The position numbers and the translations under genes are program-made. From an uncultured Candidatus Saccharibacteria bacterium (GTDB taxonomy: Bacteria; Patescibacteriota; Minisyncoccia; Phycocordibacterales; Zambryskibacteraceae): a stretch of 48,346 nt of DNA. The stretch covers positions 1-48,346 of the forward strand of contig CAYHDI010000004.1 in NCBI GenBank assembly GCA_964355645.1. Direction: 5' to 3'. The notes beneath the pieces are model-generated. The model saw only the letters and a list, made by a program, of their open reading frames with translations. It was not told the DNA's origin and ran no database searches. Below, piece by piece: positions 8,654 through 18,069 of the stretch. How positions within the stretch are numbered: position 1 is the stretch's first letter; each line of letters begins with the position of its first letter.

Positions 8654-9170
8654 TGTGTTTATAGGCACAAAGTTTAATGAAAAGGAGATAAGACACAAGG
8701 GTTAAACTCATGAGCGGAATGGTGATGTAGCCGTACTCGATGACATAAATCCTTGAACATTCACCGCCGACGGCAGTACAAGGTAAAAGAGAAATACCGC
8801 TAAAGTTTGAATAAGATTGATAGAGGGAGACGAAAAAAGCCGCGATTGATAGAGGAAGCGCGTAATCAAAGATTCCCCTGTCTTTCTTGATAATAGCAAT
8901 AAGGAAAAGTACAGCCTGTGGATAAAGGAAAATTCTCTGCCACCAACAAAGCTCACACGGCGCAAAACCTAAAACATTTGAATACATTAGACTGCCAACG
9001 ATAGAAGCCGTGGACAAAATGAATCCGAGCCACAGGGCGTATTTGTGAACAAAGTGAATGAAATCATGTCCCCAAGATTTTCTATAAACGAATGCTAGAA
9101 TGCAAAAAATGAAGAAGATGTGACCAAGGAGAGTGGCGAATGAGAGTACGGGTGTGATAAATGAGGACAT
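8634..9170 (-). CDS. dsbB: Disulfide bond formation protein DsbB family
   Basis: Multiple TM helices, PCELCWWQRIFLYP (CxxC) and a second Cys pair PCTAVGGECS; start moved to the ATG at 9170. Confidence 0.88.
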   Translation of the reverse strand: MSSFITPVLSFATLLGHIFFIFCILAFVYRKSWGHDFIHFVHKYALWLGFILSTASIVGSLMYSNVLGFAPCELCWWQRIFLYPQAVLFLIAIIKKDRGIFDYALPLSIAAFFVSLYQSYSNFSGISLLPCTAVGGECSRIYVIEYGYITIPLMSLTLVSYLLFIKLCAYKHNENSNA

Positions 9171-9175
9171 ACAAA

Positions 9176-9550
9176 TTATTGGGGCAACACACAAGAAGTT
9201 TTCTCCGCCAGAGTAGCTAGAGCTACTTCGCCATTAAGAATTGAGCCGTCTTTAAAAATCCAAGTTGGATAGCCAGTAATTTTTTTGTCTGTGCAAATCT
9301 GAGTTTGACCACTTCCATCCGGAGTTGAACATTCAACATAAGGCAAAAATTTCTCAGATGTTCCGAATAACTTTTTCTGTGATTGACAATGTGAACACCA
9401 AAATGCACCATAGAATGTTGCCCCACTATCCTTTATGCACACAGCAAAAGTATCGTATTTCGATGAGGCCACTCTCTTCGGCGTAACAATTAACCAAACA
9501 ACTAAAGCCACGAATATCACGAAAATAAGAACCCAAATGTATTTTTTCAT
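9176..9550 (-). CDS. Membrane-anchored thioredoxin-like (DsbA-like) protein
   Basis: N-terminal TM helix, FYGAFWCSHC, LPYVECS, ITGYPTW (cis-Pro loop); resembles the Trx domain of VKOR-Trx fusions. Confidence 0.85.
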   Translation of the reverse strand: MKKYIWVLIFVIFVALVVWLIVTPKRVASSKYDTFAVCIKDSGATFYGAFWCSHCQSQKKLFGTSEKFLPYVECSTPDGSGQTQICTDKKITGYPTWIFKDGSILNGEVALATLAEKTSCVLPQ

Positions 9551-9577
9551 AGTGGTATTATAACAAATTTTTAATTC

Positions 9578-10000
9578 AATAACTCCCCTAACCCCTCTTA
9601 CCTTAAGAGGGGTATTCTGGCTATAACATTCTCTATATCTTTCAAAACTTCATTATTCCAAAAACGAACAATCCTTATATCTTCTGTTTCTAAATATTCA
9701 CTCCTTTCTTTATCATAAATTCTAGTATCAACTTTTGTGTGTTGGACACCATCAAGCTCTATGGCCAACCTTAATTTTGGACAATAAAAATCCAAAATGT
9801 ACGGCCCAACACCATATTGACGAAGAAACCTGAACCCATTTATTTGTTTCCTAGATAAACGAGACCACAGAACTTTTTCAGCTTCGGTCGAATTATTTCT
9901 TAATTCACGGCGACGGTCTCTTAAATCTCTATTGTTGTATAGAAATTTGGTTTTCATTTTCTTTTCTTACCCCCTTAACGTAAGGGGGTTGGGGGTTATT
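9578..10000. mobile_element. Candidate mini-element: DUF559 nuclease gene between inverted BoxC/REP-like palindromic ends
   Basis: Left end (+) AATAACTCCCCTAACCCCTCTTA-CCT-TAAGAGGGGT (9578-9613); right end (-) AATAACCCCCAACCCCCTTA-CGT-TAAGGGGGT (9969-10000). Mobility is inferred. Confidence 0.6.
9598..9957 (-). CDS. DUF559 (Vsr-like PD-(D/E)XK) endonuclease domain protein
   Basis: RELRNNSTEAEKVLWSRL, FRFLRQY, YILDFYCPKLRLAIELDGVQH, RIVRFWNNEV signatures. Confidence 0.92.
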   Translation of the reverse strand: MKTKFLYNNRDLRDRRRELRNNSTEAEKVLWSRLSRKQINGFRFLRQYGVGPYILDFYCPKLRLAIELDGVQHTKVDTRIYDKERSEYLETEDIRIVRFWNNEVLKDIENVIARIPLLR

Positions 10001-12512
10001 TTCCTTTCATTAACCTCTGATGCTCATCCGTATTAAGCATCCCGCATTTCTTATATTTCTTGCCCGAACCGCATGGACAAAGGTCGTTTCGGCCAACACT
10101 AGAATTTTCAGATACAACCGAACGAGAAGTATCTGCGACAGCTTCGGCCTCTTTTTGAATTGATGATTCTTTAATCTGCGCAATGGTTTCCGGTTGAAGA
10201 GTAATGAGAAATTCGGCCACCTGTCGAGCAATGGAAAGTTCCATATCTTTGAAAAAACGCAAACCTTCTCGTTTGTATTCCACGAGTGGATCTCGTTGTC
10301 CATACGCTCGAAGATTAACCGAGCTTCGGAGATAATCCATCGTCTCGAGATGCCCGACCCAGAAAGTATCAATTGTTTGAAGAATCAATCGGCGAAGAGG
10401 TTCGACCACTTCGTCATGTTCAAGGGCAGGCCGTTTGTCCAAGAGCATTTGAGCCTTTTCCGGTTCAATCATGGTAGCCACTTCACCAATATATTCGTCA
10501 ATTTCAGCTTTCCCGCCAGTGAGAATATTTCTTCGTCTTTTATAAATAATTCCGCGCTGATAATTTAAAACATCATCGAATTCGAGAACGTGTTTGCGCG
10601 CATCGAAATTAAACCCTTCGATTTTCTCTTGAGCTTTTTCCAAAGAGTTCGTGATTAATTTGTTTTGGATGGCTTCATCTTCGGGAATATTGAATCGACC
10701 CATCATGGATTTGATAGTGTCTGTGGCAAAGATTCTCATCAAACTATCTTCAAGCGAAACGAAGAATTGAGTTTCTCCCGGATCTCCCTGTCTGCCCGAA
10801 CGACCGCGGAGTTGGTTGTCAATCCTTCGAGCATCGTGTCTTTCTGTGCCTAGAACGAAAAGTCCGCCGAGAGAAATAATCTCTTGCATTTCCTCTGGTG
10901 AACCAGGATTCCCACCAAGTTTAATGTCCACTCCGCGTCCGGCCATGTTGGTGGCAATAGTGACCGCGCCCTTCTTTCCTGCCTGAGCAATAATTTCTCC
11001 TTCTCGTTCATGAACCGAGGTATTCTTGGCATTCAAGATTTCGTGTTTGATACCTTCACTCTTCAAATATTCACTGAGCATTTCGTTGTGTTCAATCGAA
11101 ACCGTACCGATGAGCACCGGCTGACCCTTGGAATTTAATTCTTTCACTTTGTTCGAGACAGCTTTCATCTTGCCCTTTTGAGTTTGGAAGATTAAATCAT
11201 TGTGGTCCGCACGACTCGTCGGTTTGTTCGTGGGGATAACGAAAGTTTCCAAGCCGTAAACTTTGTAGAATTCCTCTTTGGAAGTCACGGCTGTACCGGT
11301 CATACCAGAAAGCTTTTTGTACATGCGGAAATAATTTTGGAAAGTGATTGATGCGAAAGTTCTCGATTCTTCTTTGATTTCCACACCTTCCTTTGCCTCA
11401 ATCGCTTGGTGTAATCCCTCTGACCATCTTCGGCCCGGTTGAAGTCGACCAGTGAAAGTATCCACAATCATCACTTCTCCATCCTTGATGACATAATCAA
11501 CATCTTTTAAATACAAAGCTTTGGCTCTCACGGCAGTTTCAAGATGGTGAACGTACTTCACTCCACCTTCGGTATAAATATTTTCAATGCCTAGAAGTTT
11601 TTCGGCTTTAGAAATACCCTGATCAGTAAGACTTATGGCTTTAAGCTTCTCATCCACTGTGAAATCCTCTTCAACATCTAAGGCTGAGGCAATCTTCGCA
11701 AATTTAGTATACAAATCCCCTGCTGCGCCGGTGTTCGCAGAGATAATGAGAGGGGTTCGAGCTTCATCTATAAGGATAGAATCGATTTCATCTACTATAG
11801 AATAGTTGAATTCACGTTGAGAAAGATCTTCTTTTCTGTACAAGAGATTGTCTCGAAGGTAATCAAAGCCGAATTCATTGTTTGTCCCATACGTGATGTC
11901 TGCATTGTAGGCTTCCTGTTTGGTGGAGGGTCGAAGAAATTCATGAATCACGTGGAAAGAGCCGGTTTCATCACGTTCTTTGTCTAGATTTTCTGCAGTA
12001 TGAGCCGGATCATAAATAAACGATTCCTGATGGTTCAAAATTCCCACCGAAAGTCCAAGGGCAGAATAAATTTGCCCCATCCACACGGCATCACGTCTTG
12101 AAAGATAATCATTCACTGTGACCACATGCACTCCAAGGCCGGTTAGGGCATTCAAATAAGCAGGCAGAGTGGCCACCAGAGTTTTTCCCTCTCCGGTTCG
12201 CATTTCAGCAATACCTCCTTTGTGGAGAGCAATGCCTCCGAGAAGTTGAACATCAAAATGTCGCTGTCCAAGTGTGCGCTTGGAAGCTTCACGAACAAGA
12301 GCGAAAGCTTCAGGCAAAATATCATCAAGCGTTTCTCCTCCGCCAGCTGGCGGATTCAATCTCTCTTTCAACTTTTGACTTTCGACTTTCAACTCATCTT
12401 TCGAAAATGATTCAAAAGTTTTCTCAAGAGAATTTATACGCGCCACAAGAGGCATCCAAGATTGAATGATTTTGCTTTCATTTGACTTAAATAAACTGCC
12501 TAAAAATGCCAT
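9996..12512 (-). CDS. secA: Preprotein translocase ATPase SecA
   Basis: MRTGEGKTL Walker A, DEIDSILIDEARTPLIIS, QLRGRSGRQGDPG, C-terminal SEC-C CPCGSGKKYKKC. Confidence 0.98.
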   Translation of the reverse strand: MAFLGSLFKSNESKIIQSWMPLVARINSLEKTFESFSKDELKVESQKLKERLNPPAGGGETLDDILPEAFALVREASKRTLGQRHFDVQLLGGIALHKGGIAEMRTGEGKTLVATLPAYLNALTGLGVHVVTVNDYLSRRDAVWMGQIYSALGLSVGILNHQESFIYDPAHTAENLDKERDETGSFHVIHEFLRPSTKQEAYNADITYGTNNEFGFDYLRDNLLYRKEDLSQREFNYSIVDEIDSILIDEARTPLIISANTGAAGDLYTKFAKIASALDVEEDFTVDEKLKAISLTDQGISKAEKLLGIENIYTEGGVKYVHHLETAVRAKALYLKDVDYVIKDGEVMIVDTFTGRLQPGRRWSEGLHQAIEAKEGVEIKEESRTFASITFQNYFRMYKKLSGMTGTAVTSKEEFYKVYGLETFVIPTNKPTSRADHNDLIFQTQKGKMKAVSNKVKELNSKGQPVLIGTVSIEHNEMLSEYLKSEGIKHEILNAKNTSVHEREGEIIAQAGKKGAVTIATNMAGRGVDIKLGGNPGSPEEMQEIISLGGLFVLGTERHDARRIDNQLRGRSGRQGDPGETQFFVSLEDSLMRIFATDTIKSMMGRFNIPEDEAIQNKLITNSLEKAQEKIEGFNFDARKHVLEFDDVLNYQRGIIYKRRRNILTGGKAEIDEYIGEVATMIEPEKAQMLLDKRPALEHDEVVEPLRRLILQTIDTFWVGHLETMDYLRSSVNLRAYGQRDPLVEYKREGLRFFKDMELSIARQVAEFLITLQPETIAQIKESSIQKEAEAVADTSRSVVSENSSVGRNDLCPCGSGKKYKKCGMLNTDEHQRLMKGK
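12339..12354. repeat. Perfect 16-bp palindrome in frame in secA
   Basis: TCCGCCAGCTGGCGGA, encoding NPPAGG in the ERL..GETLDD loop. Confidence 0.7.
12366..12393. repeat. Four tandem heptamers within secA
   Basis: TTTCAAC TTTTGAC TTTCGAC TTTCAAC; encodes LKVESQKLK. Confidence 0.7.
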
Positions 12513-12570
12513 AAGACGCTTATTTTACCACATTTTCTCTGTTTTGACCAAAACTTGAGGTCTGCAAAGA

Positions 12571-12603
12571 AAAAACATCCTTCGATAAACTCAGGACGTT
12601 TTT
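12571..12603. terminator. Hairpin after the Lys-rich peptide gene; loop contains a CTTCGACAAGCTCAG-like REP motif
   Basis: AAAAACATCCT-TCGATAAACTC-AGGACGTTTTT, with A and T runs on either side. Confidence 0.6.
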
Positions 12604-12619
12604 TCTTTGAAGACAAAGA

Positions 12620-12697
12620 TTATGCTCGCTTCTTCGAAGCCTTTCGCTTCTTTGCTGCTGGCTTTCTCTTTGCTGCTTTTCGCTTTTTTGCTGCCAT
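12620..12697 (-). CDS. 25-aa Lys/Arg/Ala-rich basic peptide (protamine/H1-like)
   Basis: ATG at 12697 gives MAAKKRKAAKRKPAAKKRKASKKRA; it has its own upstream region and a downstream terminator-like hairpin. Confidence 0.75.
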   Translation of the reverse strand: MAAKKRKAAKRKPAAKKRKASKKRA

Positions 12698-12804
12698 TGT
12701 ATTTGTGCGTCTTGATCTGAGACGCAAATTATTGTTAACGTCTATCACGAAAATGTTTTTCGCAAAACATTTTCGCGTGTGACCTGTATATATTATCTTA
12801 TGCA

Positions 12805-12847
12805 TCATCCACACATACAAGGATTTTATTTAGAAATGTGTGGATAA
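12805..12847. promoter_or_regulatory. Two DnaA-box-like 9-mers upstream of the basic peptide gene
   Basis: TCATCCACA (12805-12813, one mismatch) and TGTGGATAA (12839-12847, perfect), in opposite orientations. Confidence 0.4.
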
Positions 12848-12860
12848 CTTTGACGCAAAA

Positions 12861-13586
12861 TTATTTTATTCTTTTCCCCCACACACAAATTGCCGGAAAT
12901 AATTTTTCGCGAATTGATTTGTTCATATCTTTAAGAAAAGGGGAAATTTCGTATTCCCAATCAATAATCTCCGCGCAAAGTTTTCTCACTTCTTCGTTTT
13001 CTAATTTGATGTGTTTCAAAAAAGCTTTGTGGTTCGGCATTTGATGATAAGTGATGTCGAAAACTTCTGCTCCGGCTCTTTCCATTTCTCTTTTCACTTC
13101 TTCTGGGTCAAGGTATCGAACAAATTTGTGTTCAGGCAAAATGAAAGGGAAATTATTGCCTAGAAACACTTGGAATCGCTCTTTCAGAGACGACGGGTGG
13201 AGAGCGTGGCCGAGATCATAGCGGTGAATAATATATCCACCGGGTTTAACTGACTTCACACTAGCCTCAATAAATCTGTCGAGATGCTTCACGTGTTCAA
13301 GAACTGAAAGAGAAAAAGAAAGGTCAAAGAAAGAATCTTTGATGGTCTCATAAGCCAAATGATTCTCAAGCTTCGCGTTTGGTAAATCACCAACTTCCTT
13401 CACTGCGTTCTCATATGCATCATGGCTTGGTTCAATACCCAAATATTTAATTCGATTATTTTCTTTTAGAAAATTGGCAATGGCCTTTGATGTTCCAGAA
13501 CCAAGTTCAAGAATATTAACTTCCCCATCTTTCGGCAAAAGATTATTAACTTTTTTGATAAAATGCTCTTTAAAGGAAACTTCCAT
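12861..13586 (-). CDS. Class I SAM-dependent methyltransferase
   Basis: ILELGSGTS motif I, YLGIEPS, FDLSFSLSVLEHV. Confidence 0.85.
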   Translation of the reverse strand: MEVSFKEHFIKKVNNLLPKDGEVNILELGSGTSKAIANFLKENNRIKYLGIEPSHDAYENAVKEVGDLPNAKLENHLAYETIKDSFFDLSFSLSVLEHVKHLDRFIEASVKSVKPGGYIIHRYDLGHALHPSSLKERFQVFLGNNFPFILPEHKFVRYLDPEEVKREMERAGAEVFDITYHQMPNHKAFLKHIKLENEEVRKLCAEIIDWEYEISPFLKDMNKSIREKLFPAICVWGKRIK

Positions 13587-13588
13587 AA

Positions 13589-15772
13589 TTATTTTAGAGT
13601 TCCATCTTGAATACCTTTGATATATTGGTCAGCTTGAGTTTTGCTCCCCGGTAGAGCTTCTCCGAGTTTTAATAAAGTTTGAATGGCCGAACCTTTATCA
13701 CCCACCTTCACATAAGCAGCTGCGAGAGAAATATAACTTTTCGGATCATTCGGGACAAGAACCACTCGTCGCTTTAGAAGTTCAATTAGAGCGGGATAAT
13801 TTTTGAGATTCATATAAACGCCGGCAATCCTATCGTCAGTTACAATATTTATCTCCGGAATAATCGCCATCAATTGATTAACAGTTTTGATATCACCAGC
13901 ATAAATCGCCCCAACAAGATAAACAATTTGCGCATCAGAATATCCTGGGGCCAAATCATACGCCGCTTTGAGGGTTTTCAAAGCATCAGTGGTGTCGTTC
14001 TTGCTCAAATAAGATCCACCAAGTTCAAAATAGACCAACTGCTTGCCTGGGATAAGAGTTTGAGCAATCTTTAGGTGTTTGATGGCTTCGTCTGGAAATC
14101 CGGTTTTGTTGAAGAACGTTCCGGCCAAAATTTGGTAGCGGGCATCAGTCGGAAGTTCGACTAGCAAATTCTCCAAAGAACCTTTGGCAAAATTGAAATA
14201 ATTGTTTTTCTCTTGAAGCGGGATATCACTACTCAAGACCGCTTCAGAACTGGTGACAACCCATTCCACTACTTCTGTTTTCCCCAGACGAGAATTATTA
14301 AGGGCTGTTGAAAGATAGCCGAAAACTTTTTGTTTCTCAGTGGTATCACCTTGAACAGCCCTGAGAGCATAAATGAGATTCTGATTTCCAAGATAAGGTT
14401 TAATATTGACTACATAAAGCACCCCCACGAGACAAACAATCATAATAGCAGAAGAATAAACAACGGTTTGAGATTTATCTTTGTCCCCGGTTTTGTCCAA
14501 AATTTCTCCTTGATAAGTGGAGCGACTATGAACATAGGCCAAGAGTGATATGAAGAAAATATAACTAATCAAATGATCAAAGACGAATAGATTGTGGAAG
14601 AAATAGGCCACAATGAGTCCGGTCAGGAGCGAACGGTCAAGGTGGGTAAAGTCTTTGTCTTTCTTCCAAATAGAAATCAGGAGAACAACGTACAGAGAAA
14701 GATAAGCGAGTAGTCCGAGGAATCCTCCAGCAATAGCCCAATCCAAGAAAATATTGTGAGCTCGATCAAACCACGGTTCAAGCCGATACATCTCGGGGTT
14801 ATAGTGCTCATTGAAAACATAATTAAAGTTGTCTTGCCCCCAACCGAGGATAGGCTTCTCAAGCACTCCTTTGACCGCCATGGGCCAAACGAACGAACGA
14901 CCTTCGGTCTTTATTTCGGCTAAACTTATTTCTGAAAACCTTGAGAGAACATAGCTCGACTGAATAAACTTTGTGTTGCGCATCAAGAAAAAACCGGAAA
15001 CAAGAACTACAAATAGAATAACACCGGCTAGAGAAACTTTTCTTACCACTTCCGCTTCATGATTCTTAATGTTTAGAATAGCCACAATCAAAAGCCCGCC
15101 GAGCAATCCGAGAATGGTTCCACGCGTCGCCGTGTAATACAAAATAATTGTTTCTAAAATAATCAAAATTCCATAAACCCACCTTAGGAGTGACCACTTT
15201 TTCTCTCTCATAAATAAAACCGAGGCGAAGAAAATATGGAAAAGAAGATAAACCGCGAGGTAAGCTGAATTTCCGAGAGTCCCGTCGACTCGTGTTCCGC
15301 CTTGATGAATTTCGAGAACACCGGCCATTTGAAAGAAACCATAAATCACCATGATGAAAGAGGCCAACAGAGTAGTGTTGAACCATTTTCTCCACTCACC
15401 TTCTCTAAAGACTGAACCGATGACTAAAAAGAAGGCGCCTAAATGCAAAATAGTAATGTAGCCTTCCATACGTTCATAATTCGACCAAAAGCTTTTTAGA
15501 GGGGCTACACCGAAAAGATTAGCCAAACCAATCACCACAGTAAACGCAAGCAAAGCATAAAGAATGATAGATTTTCTGGGCCGATACTTCGGTTCAATTG
15601 TGGACAGAACAATCCACGCCCCGAAAATTATTTCTACTATAATTCTCCAAGCAAAAGCCTTGGTCGTGATAAAAGGAAAATACAAAGAACCGTCTACCAG
15701 AAACGGCACGAAGGGAATGAGAAACAACCCGCCGAAAATTACCCACTTGAGATATTTTCTATACATAGGCAT
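13589..15772 (-). CDS. O-antigen ligase/O-oligosaccharyltransferase (Wzy_C) family protein with C-terminal TPRs
   Basis: ~12 TM segments, RVDGTLGNSAYLA, TATRG, GWGQDNF, DRAHNIFLD (WaaL/PglL-type His), helical TPR-like tail. Confidence 0.85.
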   Translation of the reverse strand: MPMYRKYLKWVIFGGLFLIPFVPFLVDGSLYFPFITTKAFAWRIIVEIIFGAWIVLSTIEPKYRPRKSIILYALLAFTVVIGLANLFGVAPLKSFWSNYERMEGYITILHLGAFFLVIGSVFREGEWRKWFNTTLLASFIMVIYGFFQMAGVLEIHQGGTRVDGTLGNSAYLAVYLLFHIFFASVLFMREKKWSLLRWVYGILIILETIILYYTATRGTILGLLGGLLIVAILNIKNHEAEVVRKVSLAGVILFVVLVSGFFLMRNTKFIQSSYVLSRFSEISLAEIKTEGRSFVWPMAVKGVLEKPILGWGQDNFNYVFNEHYNPEMYRLEPWFDRAHNIFLDWAIAGGFLGLLAYLSLYVVLLISIWKKDKDFTHLDRSLLTGLIVAYFFHNLFVFDHLISYIFFISLLAYVHSRSTYQGEILDKTGDKDKSQTVVYSSAIMIVCLVGVLYVVNIKPYLGNQNLIYALRAVQGDTTEKQKVFGYLSTALNNSRLGKTEVVEWVVTSSEAVLSSDIPLQEKNNYFNFAKGSLENLLVELPTDARYQILAGTFFNKTGFPDEAIKHLKIAQTLIPGKQLVYFELGGSYLSKNDTTDALKTLKAAYDLAPGYSDAQIVYLVGAIYAGDIKTVNQLMAIIPEINIVTDDRIAGVYMNLKNYPALIELLKRRVVLVPNDPKSYISLAAAYVKVGDKGSAIQTLLKLGEALPGSKTQADQYIKGIQDGTLK

Positions 15773-15792
15773 TATACTAGCATAACAATTTT

Positions 15793-16830
15793 ATGAAGAA
15801 AGCCTTCATTACTGGGATTACTGGGCAAGATGGTTCATATTTGGCCGAGCTTTTGCTTGAGAAAAATTATGAAGTCCATGGCCTCATACGCAGAGCTAGT
15901 AATTTCAATACTAATAGAATTGAACATATTTATACAGAACCGCACAGAAAAAATCGCAAACTTTTTTTGCATTTCGGTGACCTTTCTGATTCGAGCAATT
16001 TGAATCGCCTTTTGAGCAAAATTAAACCTGATGAGATCTATCACCTCGGAGCCCAAAGTCATGTTCGAGTAAGCTTCGACATGCCTGAATACACGGCAGA
16101 TGTAACGGGACTCGGGACACTTCGTATTTTGGATGCCATGCGTGAAGTTGGTTTAAACAAGACAAAATTTTATCAAGCTTCTTCGAGTGAAATGTTTGGT
16201 AAGGCCGTAGAAATCCCACTCAAAGAAACAAGTGCCTTTCATCCACGTTCTCCGTACGGTGTGGCCAAAGTTTTCGCTTATTGGACAACCCGAAATTATC
16301 GAGAAAGCTACGGAATGTTTGCGGTGAACGGCATTCTCTTTAATCATGAATCAGAAAGACGGGGGGAAACTTTCGTCACGAGGAAAATTACTAAAGGTCT
16401 CGCTCGAATAAAATTAGGCAAAGAAAAGAAACTTTTCCTTGGAAATTTGGATGCCAAGCGGGATTGGGGCCATGCTAAGGATTTCGTTTATGGAATGTGG
16501 CTCATGCTTCAAGCAGACAAACCGGATGATTTCGTTTTGGCTACCAATGAATCGCACACGGTGCGTGAATTTGTGGAAGAAGCAGTGAAAATCCTCGGCA
16601 TGAAAATTATTTGGAAAGGCAAAGGCTTAAAAGAAAAAGGGATTGACCAGAAAACCGGTAAGACAATCATTGAAATCGATCCGAAATATTTCCGTCCAGC
16701 CGAAGTTGATGAGCTTCGTGGGGATTATTCAAAAGCCAAGAAGAAGTTGGGTTGGAAACCAAAAATTAAATTCAAAGAATTGGTTAAGTTGATGATTGAG
16801 TCTGATTATAATCATGAAAAAAAATTCTAA
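15793..16830 (+). CDS. gmd: GDP-mannose 4,6-dehydratase
   Basis: [52 protein letters not shown]. Confidence 0.97.
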   Translation: MKKAFITGITGQDGSYLAELLLEKNYEVHGLIRRASNFNTNRIEHIYTEPHRKNRKLFLHFGDLSDSSNLNRLLSKIKPDEIYHLGAQSHVRVSFDMPEYTADVTGLGTLRILDAMREVGLNKTKFYQASSSEMFGKAVEIPLKETSAFHPRSPYGVAKVFAYWTTRNYRESYGMFAVNGILFNHESERRGETFVTRKITKGLARIKLGKEKKLFLGNLDAKRDWGHAKDFVYGMWLMLQADKPDDFVLATNESHTVREFVEEAVKILGMKIIWKGKGLKEKGIDQKTGKTIIEIDPKYFRPAEVDELRGDYSKAKKKLGWKPKIKFKELVKLMIESDYNHEKKF

Positions 16831-17782
16831 AATCTATGTAGCTGGGCACAATGGGCTTGTAGGTTCAGCTATAGTGCGCAATCTCAAAAAACGAGGGTAT
16901 AAAAACTTCCTCCTGCGTTCGCGCAAAGAACTCGATTTGCTCGACCAGAAAGCTGTAGAAAATTTTTTCAAAAAAGAAAGACCTGAATATGTCTTTCTGG
17001 CGGCGGCCAAGGTGGGAGGTATCATGGCCAACAAAACTTATCCTGCTGATTTTATATACGAGAATACTGTTGTTGAATCTAATGTCATCCATTCTTCTTA
17101 TAAATACAAAACGAAAAAATTGCTCTTCCTCGGTAGCGTGTGCATCTATCCAAAATTTGCTCCTACTCCAGTTAAAGAAGAGTACCTACTAACAGGTTCT
17201 CTCGAACCAACAAATGAACCGTATGCATTATCCAAGATATTGGGTATCAATATGTGCCAGTCTTATAACAGACAATACGGCACAAATTTTATCTCAATTA
17301 TGCCAACTAATCTATATGGGCCAAATGATAATTTTGATCTCAATAATTCACATGTATTACCCGCTCTTATGAGAAAATTTCATGAAGCCAAGGAAAAAGA
17401 TCTGAAGGAAGTTATAGTATGGGGCACTGGGAAGGCAAGAAGAGAATTCATGCATGTTGATGATTTGGCCGATGCTTGTGTTTTTTTAATGAACAAATAT
17501 AACCAGTCAGAAATAATAAATATCGGGTTAGGAAGCGATCAAACTATAAAAGAATCGGCAAACATAATTAAGAAAGTTGTTGGATTCAAAGGAAAAATTG
17601 TGTGGGACACCTCGAAGCCCGATGGTACACCCAAGAGACGATTAGATATTAAGAAAATTAAGGCGTTAGGTTGGAAACATAAAATTGGTCTAGAGGGTGG
17701 TCTTCGTTTAACGTACAAATGGTTTAAAGAAAACATAAACACAATCAAAAAAGCTAATAAGATACTACTTGACACCTTTTGA
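16814..17782 (+). CDS. fcl: GDP-L-fucose synthase
   Basis: [51 protein letters not shown]; start moved to 16814. Confidence 0.96.
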   Translation: MKKNSKIYVAGHNGLVGSAIVRNLKKRGYKNFLLRSRKELDLLDQKAVENFFKKERPEYVFLAAAKVGGIMANKTYPADFIYENTVVESNVIHSSYKYKTKKLLFLGSVCIYPKFAPTPVKEEYLLTGSLEPTNEPYALSKILGINMCQSYNRQYGTNFISIMPTNLYGPNDNFDLNNSHVLPALMRKFHEAKEKDLKEVIVWGTGKARREFMHVDDLADACVFLMNKYNQSEIINIGLGSDQTIKESANIIKKVVGFKGKIVWDTSKPDGTPKRRLDIKKIKALGWKHKIGLEGGLRLTYKWFKENINTIKKANKILLDTF

Positions 17783-17796
17783 CACCTTGCTATAAT
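17769..17796 (+). promoter_or_regulatory. Consensus sigma70 promoter containing a 10-bp tandem repeat
   Basis: TTGACA-16-TATAAT with extended TG; TTGACACCTT occurs twice (17769-17778, 17779-17788). Confidence 0.8.
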
Positions 17797-17808
17797 AGGT
17801 CTAATTAT

Positions 17809-18054
17809 ATGCAAGAGATAAAGCCACTTGCGGTCTATACTACTGATGAGACAAAGGACATCCTGCGCATAAGCGAAAGTACTATTAAACGTATGCTCAA
17901 AAAGGGCTTGATAAGAGCAAACAAGGTCGGTGGACAATACCGAATTTTGGGCAAGGAAATTTTGCGCCTCGTCTCCCCCGAACTCGAGAAGGAGGCCATC
18001 AATTCGTATCAATCATTGAAACAAAAAATCGTGAATAAGATAAACAGATGGTAG
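17809..18054 (+). CDS. Excisionase-like HTH_17 DNA-binding protein
   Basis: VYTTDETKDILRISESTIKRMLKKGLIRANKVGGQYRI; start moved to the ATG at 17809. Confidence 0.85.
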   Translation: MQEIKPLAVYTTDETKDILRISESTIKRMLKKGLIRANKVGGQYRILGKEILRLVSPELEKEAINSYQSLKQKIVNKINRW

Positions 18055-18069
18055 AATTCATAAACTAAT

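Noticed and set aside
17809-18054. Prophage or integrative element implied by the excisionase-like gene
   Set aside because: No integrase, att duplication or phage genes nearby.
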